A stretch of 64,000 nt of DNA from assembly GCA_016184145.1 (NCBI GenBank), contig JACPDF010000023.1:1229-65228 (forward strand), given 5' to 3'. Both the position numbers and the translations under genes were made by a program. Shown piece by piece: positions 9,489 to 18,309 of the stretch (the stretch's first letter is position 1; each line of letters begins with the position of its first letter). The notes beneath the pieces are model-generated. The model was not told the origin of the DNA. It did not search any database and saw only the letters and a program-made list of their open reading frames with translations. Source of the stretch: Candidatus Woesearchaeota archaeon (GTDB taxonomy: Archaea > Nanobdellota > Nanobdellia > Woesearchaeales > GW2011-AR4).

Positions 9489-9690
9489 AAAAATCATTCC
9501 CGGGTTATTTAGGCGCCGCCAATACTGCGGCGCATTTATTGGGCAGGAAGAGTTCACAGCCGCCAAGCATAACGCGGCGGCGCTAAATGTTATCACAAAC
9601 GCCCCGTATTGTGGGCGGTTGATCACACTGGAGTCCAATGATGCGAGCGCGTAATGTCGCGAGCCTAAAATTAAACGGATTATGATTTTT
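9489..9690. repeat. GC-rich fold-back element (MITE-like or structured RNA)
   Basis: ~28-bp imperfect terminal inverted repeat (AAAAATCAT..TTAGGC / GCCTAA..ATGATTTTT) enclosing three GC hairpins. Confidence 0.6.
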
Positions 9691-9716
9691 AGAAAACTAA
9701 AATATTTATTTAAAAA

Positions 9717-10565
9717 ATGATTACCACTGATTTTCTCGACCAGCTGAACAGGTTCCATTTAGTGGTAAAGAAGAGGGTCACATCCAATTATGTGGGTCCC
9801 AGAAGGTCGATTGCGGCAGGAAGGGGCTTGACATTTAAAGAACACAGGCTGTATGCTCCAGGAGACGACATAAGGCTGATAGACTGGAGAGTATTTGCCA
9901 GGACTGATGACTTGCATGTAAAGACATTTGAGGAGGAAAGGAACCTTACAGTGCACCTTGTCATAGATGCAAGCGCCTCGATGGGATTTGGCAAGCCGAT
10001 AAGCAAGTTTGACTATGCCTCAATGATAGGAGTTGGCTTTGCTTACCTTTCCATGAGGGAAAATGAGAAATTCCAGTTCTCCACATTTAATGAAAAGCTG
10101 GACATATTTCAGTCAAGGAGAGGGATGTCCCAGCTTGCAAGCATGGTCTACCATCTCAACAACACAAAAACGCAAGGTACTTCAAAATTCATGGATGCAA
10201 TGCTGCAGTACAAGAAAGTCATCGGGACAAGGTCTCTGCTTGTCCTTGTGTCGGATTTTTTGGTTGACATTAATGAGATTATAGGCGGCCTTTACACTCT
10301 TGGAGACCATGAGATAAAGATAATACAGGTGCTTGACCCGATAGAAAAAGAGCTCAAATACCATGGCGACTTTAAGCTGATAGACAGCGAGACGCAAGGC
10401 AAGCTAAGGACTTTCATAAGCCCAAGATTAAGGGTAGAGTACCAGGAGATGCTGGACAGGCACGTCGCAAGATTAGAGGAAACGTGCAACGCCCTGGGAA
10501 TGCATTTCTACCAGATAACAACAGATACGCCGATATTTGACGCTTTCTATAGGGTTTTAGAATAG
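9717..10565 (+). CDS. DUF58 (vWA-like) protein
   Basis: G.TFKEHRLYAPGDDIRLIDWRVFART, FEEER, DASASM; the usual MoxR partner. Confidence 0.92.
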   Translation: MITTDFLDQLNRFHLVVKKRVTSNYVGPRRSIAAGRGLTFKEHRLYAPGDDIRLIDWRVFARTDDLHVKTFEEERNLTVHLVIDASASMGFGKPISKFDYASMIGVGFAYLSMRENEKFQFSTFNEKLDIFQSRRGMSQLASMVYHLNNTKTQGTSKFMDAMLQYKKVIGTRSLLVLVSDFLVDINEIIGGLYTLGDHEIKIIQVLDPIEKELKYHGDFKLIDSETQGKLRTFISPRLRVEYQEMLDRHVARLEETCNALGMHFYQITTDTPIFDAFYRVLE

Positions 10566-10620
10566 AAAGCTACGAACGAGCGTAGCGAGTGAGTATGCTT
10601 TTTACAGGGTTTTGGAATGA
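10565..10620 (+). repeat. Short hairpin element (family D) plus a duplicate of the DUF58 3' end
   Basis: GAAAGCTACGAAC-GAGCGTAGCG-AGTGAGTATGCTTT, overlapping a second copy (10597-10620) of the AFYRVLE* codons. Confidence 0.8.
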
Positions 10621-11586
10621 CTATATCCATTCTTTTTTCTTGAAGTACACATAAGTTATAATTACAGAAGCCACCATTAACCCCAATGAAAAAAAATAGC
10701 CGTATTTCCAGTTAAGCTCCGGCATATTGAATATTGAGCTTGTATCAAAATTCATTCCATAAATTGACGCAATTAAGGTTGGAAATAAAACAAAAGATGC
10801 CCCTACTGTTAATGTCTTAATTGCTCTGTTCAGGTTGTTTGAAACAGCGCTCAAATAAATTTCCAATGTGCTGGTTAATATATCCCTATAAGTTCCAACC
10901 ATATCAATTAACTGCACAACATCGTTGTATAAAGTCCTGAAACGCTTTATATTTTTCTTGTCTATGTTGGCAACGTACTCCTTTTCTATAGATGCTATGA
11001 CATCCCTTGTGGCTGTAAGGGCTTTATGAAAAAATATGAGGGTTTTTTTAAGTGTAAAAATGCTATTCACTTTTACACTGCCTGGTTTTTCAATAATAAC
11101 ATCTTCCAAGTTGTCTATTTTTTCCTCCAAAGTGCTTAAAATTGAGAAATACGCATTAAAGACCTCGTCAAGGAGCCTGTAGGTAAAAAAGCTCATTGTA
11201 TGCTGTGCCATATCAATCTTTTTTGCCTCGATAAGCTGCATTATTTTATTAACGGAGCTTAGCTCTTTTAACGCGATTGTAATAACATTATTCTTGTTTT
11301 TGGAAATGAAAAGCGACAAAGGAGTTGTTGAAATTTCGTCATTCTCCACCCAAGGCGCCCTCACAACTATTAATGAATAATTGTCCAAATCAGAGACTTT
11401 CGGCCTTTCCTCTTCATCCAAAACCTCTTTTAGATCCTCCAAAGGGATGTTTGCTTTTTCAGATATCTCTATAAGCTCTTTTTCAGTTGGATTTATGCAG
11501 TGCGCCCAGCATTTTGTGGTTTCTGACAAGCCAACCAAAGAACCAAGCTTTACGCCTTCTTTCTGGAAATTATAGACATGAATCAT
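10621..11586 (-). CDS. corA: CorA-family magnesium transporter
   Basis: YGMNF signature, MPELNWKYGY loop, two C-terminal TM helices, KKKEWI end. Confidence 0.95.
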   Translation of the reverse strand: MIHVYNFQKEGVKLGSLVGLSETTKCWAHCINPTEKELIEISEKANIPLEDLKEVLDEEERPKVSDLDNYSLIVVRAPWVENDEISTTPLSLFISKNKNNVITIALKELSSVNKIMQLIEAKKIDMAQHTMSFFTYRLLDEVFNAYFSILSTLEEKIDNLEDVIIEKPGSVKVNSIFTLKKTLIFFHKALTATRDVIASIEKEYVANIDKKNIKRFRTLYNDVVQLIDMVGTYRDILTSTLEIYLSAVSNNLNRAIKTLTVGASFVLFPTLIASIYGMNFDTSSIFNMPELNWKYGYFFSLGLMVASVIITYVYFKKKEWI

Positions 11587-11682
11587 TCCAACTTGAGGTT
11601 AAGCTATATATATAAATTTTTTGCAGAATTATTTATGGTTTTCAGCAAAATGTATTTATACCTATTAAGTTAATTTGCCATT

Positions 11683-13452
11683 GTGAGGGTAAATAAAAAT
11701 CTGGCAATAGTATTTTTTTTGTTTGTTGTTGTCTTGATAAGCTATATCAATGTTTTCCGGAATGATTTTGCATGGGACGATAAATTCTTTATTGTGGATA
11801 ATACCCGCATAAGGGATTTGGGCAATATACCAAGTTTTTTTGCAGAACCGTCTCCAGGCAACTTGTACAGGCCTTTAAGGGAAGCATTTTACACTTTAAA
11901 TTACCAGCTATGGCAGCTTAATAAATTTGGCTACCACTTAAACAGCTTGCTGCTGCATTTTTTTGCTGCATTAATTTTGTTTTTTATAACGTTAAAAATA
12001 ACAAATAAGGCATTATTTTCTTTTGTTGCGTCATTATTTTTTGCTGCACATCCTATCCATACGGAAAGAATAACTAATATGACCGGAACTTTTGATGTTT
12101 TCGGCATTTTATTTTTCTTATTGTCGTTTTTATTTTATATAAATTATTCGAAAAAAGACAAAAAAAATTATTATTATTTTTCAATATTATTTTATTTATT
12201 GGCAATTTTCTCGACGGAGGAGGCAATAACATTAATTTTGATTTTATTTTTATATGAGTTCTCTTTCAATTACGAATTCAGCTTGGATAATATTAAATTA
12301 TTATCAAAAAAATACATCCCCTACATAATTGCAACAATTGTTTACCTGATGATCAGATTTTCTGTTGTGGGGCAGTTAGGCAGGACAGAAAGCTACTTTC
12401 AGCAGAGTTTTTTCGGAACTTTGCTGACGACAACAAAAATAATCGTTCTTTACATTGCAATGCTGTTTTTCCCTTCAAATTTAGTTATAGAAAGGTATGT
12501 AAAATTTGAAACATCTATTTTTAGTGCTGCTTTTCTGTTCTCGTTTATTATTTTATTATTGATAATTTTTTGCTTTATAAAATCCTATAAAAAATCAAAA
12601 ATCTTGTTTTTTTCAATAGGCTGGTTTTTCATAACATTGCTGCCGTTCACAAATTTATTTCCCCAGGTAACAATAATGGCAGAAAGGTACCTGTATTTGC
12701 CGTCTTTTGGTTTTGGCTTATTTTTAACAATTTTACTATTCCAGATAGATAAGGTAAAACAGATAAAAAAACACGGCAGAATTATAATAACTGTGTCAGC
12801 TATACTAATAACACTGTCTTATGCAGCTTTAACAATACAAAGGAATTCCGAATGGAGAGATAATTTTACATTACTAACAAAGGATGCTGAAAAAAATCCT
12901 TATGGCACAAGAATCCATCATGCAATTGCATTGCACTACAGAAATAATGGAGATTATGAGAATGCATTTAAATATGCATCAAGGGCAATTGAGCTAAGCA
13001 GCAAAAATTACAATGCATATGAAAATTTGGGGACAATCCTGGCGTATCAGAAAAAATATGACGAGGCTATAAAATTCTATAATAAGGCTCTTGAATTAAA
13101 CCCGAAATTTTATCTTGCAATGAATAATTTAGGCCTGGTCTATAGCTATATGGGTGATTCGAACACCTCTGTATATTACCTGAAAAAAGCAATAGAAATA
13201 GATCCAAAGCTGTCGAAGGCGTATAATGATTTAGGCACTGTTTACGCCCAGATGGGCGAATTTGATTCAGCAATAAAAGAAATGGAAAAGTCAATAGAAA
13301 TAAACCATTATAATGCTGACTATTATTATAATTTAGCTGTTATATATGAATATTTAAAAGATAAAGCGAAAGCGGCAGAACTCCTGGCAAAAGCATTGGA
13401 GATAGAGCCTGACAACAAAAAAATCAGGAATAAATTAGCAAGTATAAAATGA
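11683..13452 (+). CDS. TMTC-like GT-C glycosyltransferase with TPR repeats
   Basis: FAWDD acidic loop, YRPL, HPIHTE, AERYLYLPS, RNSEWRD motifs plus several C-terminal TPRs. Confidence 0.85.
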   Translation: MRVNKNLAIVFFLFVVVLISYINVFRNDFAWDDKFFIVDNTRIRDLGNIPSFFAEPSPGNLYRPLREAFYTLNYQLWQLNKFGYHLNSLLLHFFAALILFFITLKITNKALFSFVASLFFAAHPIHTERITNMTGTFDVFGILFFLLSFLFYINYSKKDKKNYYYFSILFYLLAIFSTEEAITLILILFLYEFSFNYEFSLDNIKLLSKKYIPYIIATIVYLMIRFSVVGQLGRTESYFQQSFFGTLLTTTKIIVLYIAMLFFPSNLVIERYVKFETSIFSAAFLFSFIILLLIIFCFIKSYKKSKILFFSIGWFFITLLPFTNLFPQVTIMAERYLYLPSFGFGLFLTILLFQIDKVKQIKKHGRIIITVSAILITLSYAALTIQRNSEWRDNFTLLTKDAEKNPYGTRIHHAIALHYRNNGDYENAFKYASRAIELSSKNYNAYENLGTILAYQKKYDEAIKFYNKALELNPKFYLAMNNLGLVYSYMGDSNTSVYYLKKAIEIDPKLSKAYNDLGTVYAQMGEFDSAIKEMEKSIEINHYNADYYYNLAVIYEYLKDKAKAAELLAKALEIEPDNKKIRNKLASIK

Positions 13453-15203
13453 GATACAAACAGGAGTTAGCAGCATTGATTATTTTTTTGATAATATCTA
13501 TAGCTTTTGTTTATCCTGTTTTCCAGAACATAAAAAATTGGGGCATACATGACTGGGACCAGCATTTAATGCTAAATGCTATGCCTAAAGAAACAATTTT
13601 GGAATTTGGGCAGTTCCCTTTATGGAGCCCTTATTATTGCGGCGGCAATGTCATGCTTGCAAACCCCCAAAGCAGCTTCTTAAGCCCATTGTTTGTTTTT
13701 GTCTTGATTTTTGGAGAGCTAACAGGGCTGAAATTATTGATTTTTATTTATTTGGTGACTGGCTTATTTGGGATGTTTTTGCTGGCAAGGCACTTAAAAA
13801 TCCCGCTAATCCCTTCATACCTAACCGCATTTTTATTTATGTTAAGCGGCTTGTATGCTATGCATATTTCTGTAGGCCATACTGTGTGGATGCAAATGGC
13901 CCTTATCCCTTATGTTTTTTTGTTTTATCTGAAAAGCTTAAACGACGCTAAATTTTTATTTCTCGCTGCCTTGTTCATGGCATTTATTTTCCTAGGAGGG
14001 GGAATTTACCCTTTGCTTTTAATTGCCTTATTTTTGGTTTTTTATTCTGCGCTAATCACCATAAAAGACTGGAGAAAATCAAAAGCAAAATACTTGCGAA
14101 GCATGGCTATTGTTTTTTTGCTGTTTGTTTTATTGGGTTCTGTAAAATTAATCCCGATGCTTGAGTTTGCAAAGGATCATTCTTATGTTAAAAAAGACGT
14201 GCAGGACAATGACATTGGGAAAATGATTGAGGCCTTAACTTTTAGGGATATAACATCAAGAATGGGTTATATGTATGATTACAGGATAAACGGCTATACA
14301 GAAGCAATATGGAATTGGCATGAATACCATGCGTATATTGGGTTCTTGCCTCTGCTATTGTTTTTAATGGCCTCTATTTTGCTGTTTAGAAAAGAATGGC
14401 CTTTGATAGTATTGGCAATTTTATTTTTCCTTATTGCGTGGGGCGACAATGCAATAATAAATATTTGGGGCTTATTAAGGCAGCTGCCGTTCATTTCTGA
14501 TCTGCACGGCTCATCAAGATTCCTGGCCATGTTTATATTTCCAGCGTCATTGATTATAGGAAAAGCTGCTGCAATTTTTGTGCATAAAAAAATGATTATT
14601 GGATTTAAAAATAAAAAATTCAATTTTTTGAAAATAATCCTGATTTTGCTTGTTTTAGCGGTTTTTATTGATTTGTTTTTGGTTAATTCCCAATTGTTTG
14701 CGCATTCTTTTGTTGTAAAGCCGATAAAAATAGAAAAACAGGAATTTGCGCAAGTTACTGGCGTAAAGGAAAAAACCCAATATCCCACGTTTTTAGCTAA
14801 TTTAGGCCTTGTTAATTGCTTCGAAAAGGTCAAGCCAGAGCTTAAGGCAATACCCAAATACGATACAAAAACGGGTGCTATATATACCAATTATATAGGA
14901 GAATCTTACATATTGGAAAGCAATAATACGCAGCAAATTACTTATTTTTCCCCAAATAAAGTAAAAGTAAAAGCAAATGAAAGCGGTACATTGGTATTAA
15001 ACCAGAACTATGCAAAGGGATGGAAAATTAAGGATGGCAAAACAAAAAATGTAAATGGGCTTATTGGGGCTATGGTTGAGGCAAACCAAGAGCTTACATT
15101 CTACTATCTGCCAAATAGTTTCCTATTAGGGCTATTTGTTTCTATGTTCACACTAATTGCCGCAGCATTTTATATTTCTAAAGCATCTAAGAAAAGGGGT
15201 TAA
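13449..15203 (+). CDS. YfhO-like / GT-C fold membrane protein
   Basis: DWD loop, GQFPLWSPYYCGG..MLANPQ, about 12 TM helices, C-terminal LVLNQNYAKGW...FYYLP. Confidence 0.75.
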   Translation: MRYKQELAALIIFLIISIAFVYPVFQNIKNWGIHDWDQHLMLNAMPKETILEFGQFPLWSPYYCGGNVMLANPQSSFLSPLFVFVLIFGELTGLKLLIFIYLVTGLFGMFLLARHLKIPLIPSYLTAFLFMLSGLYAMHISVGHTVWMQMALIPYVFLFYLKSLNDAKFLFLAALFMAFIFLGGGIYPLLLIALFLVFYSALITIKDWRKSKAKYLRSMAIVFLLFVLLGSVKLIPMLEFAKDHSYVKKDVQDNDIGKMIEALTFRDITSRMGYMYDYRINGYTEAIWNWHEYHAYIGFLPLLLFLMASILLFRKEWPLIVLAILFFLIAWGDNAIINIWGLLRQLPFISDLHGSSRFLAMFIFPASLIIGKAAAIFVHKKMIIGFKNKKFNFLKIILILLVLAVFIDLFLVNSQLFAHSFVVKPIKIEKQEFAQVTGVKEKTQYPTFLANLGLVNCFEKVKPELKAIPKYDTKTGAIYTNYIGESYILESNNTQQITYFSPNKVKVKANESGTLVLNQNYAKGWKIKDGKTKNVNGLIGAMVEANQELTFYYLPNSFLLGLFVSMFTLIAAAFYISKASKKRG

Positions 15204-15341
15204 GTCAAGTTATGTGTGTTGTTAAATTTTCAATCCACCTTCGGCCAATATAGTCGCTCGGCTCGCTCCCTTGCCATACGCTCGCCTCGCGGATTTATTT
15301 CTAATCAATTATGCTCTTTCGACACTTAACTTGAAATTGCC
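15196..15341. mobile_element. MITE-like element with an 8-bp flanking direct repeat
   Basis: Sub-terminal IR TCAAGTTA.GTGT / ACAC.TAACTTGA, GG..CC ends, TAAGAAAA at 15188-95 and 15342-49; supplies the stop codon of the upstream gene. Confidence 0.65.
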
Positions 15342-15372
15342 TAAGAAAAGCCAAAAGCTTAAATAGCACCTT

Positions 15373-15430
15373 GCCTATATCTTTCCTATAAGTTATCATT
15401 AAGTTATCATTAATATAGGCATAACTTATA
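15373..15430. promoter_or_regulatory. Repeat-rich putative operator upstream of the S-layer gene
   Basis: Tandem TAAGTTATCAT x2 (15389-15410) and nested IRs GCCTATAT/ATATAGGC and TATAAGTTAT/ATAACTTATA; TATA-like TTTAAATA at 15473. Confidence 0.4.
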
Positions 15431-15573
15431 TAATGAAATATATATATTCTACAAAATAACTAAATCGCAACATTTAAATAGGATTAATTTACTTATACTG
15501 CAGAGAAACTCATAATCATGAGAGTTTCCTATATAAACAACAAAAAAACAAACACAAGGAGGTGTTTAGTCAG

Positions 15574-18183
15574 ATGAGATTTAACAAAACGATAAAGAGA
15601 ATTTCTGCTCTAGGTTTAGGAGCATCAATGGTTGGTGCAACAATCTTCGGCGCAATGGCCGCTGATTTGTCAAACTATCCAAGCCAATACATTAAAGACG
15701 GCAAGTTTACAGGCGTCCTAGTTGTAGGAGACAGAGCTGCAGCAGAAGACGTTATCGGTGTTTCTGACATCGTAGCAAGTTTGCAGTTCGCAGCGACAAA
15801 GCCAGCTGGGGATGTAGCAAGCACACTAACAGCAGAAAATGCCTGGAAAGTCGGAAGCAGCACTAAGATTTTGGAATTAAGCGAAAATATTGCAACAGGC
15901 GATAGCAGAGAAACATTAAGAAACATCACACAATTTGTTGATGATGGTGACTTGAATGCTTTAGCATCTGGAACAGTTACAAATGGAAAAGGAGATGCAC
16001 CATATAACCAATATCTATATCTATTAGGGCCAGGAGGAGGAAATCAAGTAAATACGGGGTATGTTGTCTACACAGAAGATGATAATTCTGTTACAGATAC
16101 GTTCCTATATTTTAAGTCAGGAACTGAAATAGGAAGGTACTTGCTTGAGTTTACAACAGCTCTTGAGTCTGATGTCGATGACAGCGCTGGCGCTGCAACG
16201 ACAACGGGACTTTACCTTACAGATTTTGAGGATACTGACCTCGAGATGTTTGGAAAGAAATATTCTATTGTTACAGCTAGAAGGACATCTTCAACAACTA
16301 ACGGAGGCAAGAACATCAAATTAACTTTGATGGGCGGGGCAGTAAAAGACACACTAGTGGAAGGAAGCACAAAAACCTACACAATTGATGGCAAAGACTA
16401 TGAAGTTACAGTGGATTTCGTAGACTCAAACAGTGCTAAGCTTACCATTAACGGTGAAGCTACAAGAGACTTGCTTGAGGGAGAGACAGACAAGCTTTCT
16501 GACGGAACTACAATAGGAGTCTCAGAGATCCTGTATCAGGACTATGCAGGCGGTGTCCATAATGTGGAGTTTTTCTTGGGAGCCCAAAAAGTAGAGCTGC
16601 AAGATTCAGATGTATCGGATGTTGCATCATCACATGCCCTCAAAGTGGGTGATGATACAATTGATGACGCATTTGTGATTATTGAAGGTACAAATGACAA
16701 CAGTTCATTCAAGATAAGCAGGATACATGTAAACATGACAGCAGATGACGACTTTTATGTGCCAGTAGGAGGCAAATTAAGCGAGAATTCAGATTTGGAT
16801 GAGCCAGAGGTGATATTTACCAATAACTGGGACTTTGAGTACAAAGGATTAAGTGATGAGCTAACAGAAACAATCGAGATAGAAACAAGCGGCAACAAGA
16901 GATACAACCTGAAATTCAAAGACGGAGACGGTGAGGATGTAACACTTCCTTTAATAGAAGCAACAGCTGCTTCAGTGCTGGAGTTCGGAGAAAAAGACAA
17001 AGCATTGATTAATGTAGAAAACAAGACAATAGCCAAAGATGACTACCTCATCTTAACTGACAACTCTAAAAACCGAGGGGAAAGAAAGAGCTATGTACTC
17101 CAATATAAGGGAGCAGATAAATTATCTTCAGATAGCCATGTAGTGAAGTTCAAAAACCTAGGCAATGGTGAAACAATTGAGCAGAGCTATACAAACTCTA
17201 CCCCATTGGCAACCTTAAAGATAGGCGGTGCCGATTACAGAGTTTATGTAGCAGATACTGAAATGGCAGGTCTTCAAGCAAACGATTTTGGCGTTTGGGT
17301 TGATTTAGATTCAAGTGGAGGCTTGGTAAATAACGCCAGCACAAACATTACAACATGGTATGGAATGGAGATAGGGATACAAAACGCTTCAATGATTGGT
17401 GGTTTTTCTGACACCTCGAATGGTGTGATTGTGTCATTTAAAACTCCAGACAATACCAGAGATGGAGGAACTACCCAGGATAATGTAGAGACATTGCAGG
17501 CTACAGATTATGCTGTCAACCTGACATCTGACTCCAGTACGAAGGTAGCGCTTGCTGTACTGACAGGCTGGACAGGGGGACAAAAAGGAACAGCTCTTAG
17601 CGAAAAAACACCTGATGGTGAGACTAATGTGCAGTATACCTATACAAGCTATGGCGCAAAAATAACAAGGAATTCGCCATCAAGCGAGCCAGGAACGCTG
17701 AAAATAGATTATCCAGAGAAGCAAACAGAAGCTTTAGTTTACGTAACTGCTAAAGGAGCAACATTCAGCAGCGTAGCAGAAGGCGGAGCTGTAACAATCC
17801 AAAGGATTGATGTCGGAGCTACAAAATTAGCTTCAGAAGTTGCAAACATCAACAGTGTTAACTCAATCCTTGTTGGAGGGCCATGCGCTAACGCAGCAGC
17901 TGCAGAAGTCATGGGCAACCCAGCAGATTGCACAGCAGGATTTACACCTGGCGTAGGATTAGTCCAGGTCTGGGATGTTGGAACAGGCAATGTTGCCATG
18001 TTGGTAGCTGGTTATGCTGCAGCAGACACAAGAAATGCAGCAGCAGTAGTCTCTAATTACCAGGACTACAAGAGCCAGTTCAAGGGAGCTAAGGTAGAGG
18101 TAAAGAAAGTTGGTTCAACCTTGACTGTTGCTGAGCCAAGCACCGCTGCACCAGCAATGGAAGAAGAAACAACAACTGAATAA
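15574..18183 (+). CDS. Major S-layer protein (Methanococcus-type N- and C-terminal domains)
   Basis: Signal peptide; ADLSNYP..VVGDRAAAEDVIG N-domain; ILVGGPCANAAAA..LVAGY.A.DT C-domain; strong SD GGAGGTG; D/T/S/G-rich. Confidence 0.9.
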   Translation: MRFNKTIKRISALGLGASMVGATIFGAMAADLSNYPSQYIKDGKFTGVLVVGDRAAAEDVIGVSDIVASLQFAATKPAGDVASTLTAENAWKVGSSTKILELSENIATGDSRETLRNITQFVDDGDLNALASGTVTNGKGDAPYNQYLYLLGPGGGNQVNTGYVVYTEDDNSVTDTFLYFKSGTEIGRYLLEFTTALESDVDDSAGAATTTGLYLTDFEDTDLEMFGKKYSIVTARRTSSTTNGGKNIKLTLMGGAVKDTLVEGSTKTYTIDGKDYEVTVDFVDSNSAKLTINGEATRDLLEGETDKLSDGTTIGVSEILYQDYAGGVHNVEFFLGAQKVELQDSDVSDVASSHALKVGDDTIDDAFVIIEGTNDNSSFKISRIHVNMTADDDFYVPVGGKLSENSDLDEPEVIFTNNWDFEYKGLSDELTETIEIETSGNKRYNLKFKDGDGEDVTLPLIEATAASVLEFGEKDKALINVENKTIAKDDYLILTDNSKNRGERKSYVLQYKGADKLSSDSHVVKFKNLGNGETIEQSYTNSTPLATLKIGGADYRVYVADTEMAGLQANDFGVWVDLDSSGGLVNNASTNITTWYGMEIGIQNASMIGGFSDTSNGVIVSFKTPDNTRDGGTTQDNVETLQATDYAVNLTSDSSTKVALAVLTGWTGGQKGTALSEKTPDGETNVQYTYTSYGAKITRNSPSSEPGTLKIDYPEKQTEALVYVTAKGATFSSVAEGGAVTIQRIDVGATKLASEVANINSVNSILVGGPCANAAAAEVMGNPADCTAGFTPGVGLVQVWDVGTGNVAMLVAGYAAADTRNAAAVVSNYQDYKSQFKGAKVEVKKVGSTLTVAEPSTAAPAMEEETTTE

Positions 18184-18266
18184 AGGAAGCTAAAACACGC
18201 AAAAATCGAAGATTTTTGGTGTCCTGAAAATCAAAGATTTTCATGACTTCCTTAATTTTTTCTTTT
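18183..18266 (+). terminator. Hairpin plus T-tract after the S-layer gene, with a family-B element in its loop
   Basis: AAGGAAG (18183-89) pairs with CTTCCTT (18247-53), followed by AATTTTTTCTTTT; the loop holds AAAAATC-GAA-GATTTTT and GAAAATC-AAA-GATTTTC. Confidence 0.6.
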
Positions 18267-18309
18267 GAAGGAATTGTGGGACAATAAAGAAGATGAAGTG
18301 TGGGAAAAC

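Noticed and set aside
9489-9690. SRP RNA, RNase P RNA or tRNA
   Set aside because: No SRP helix-8 motif, no RNase P GAGGAAAGUCC, no T-loop GTTCRA or cloverleaf.
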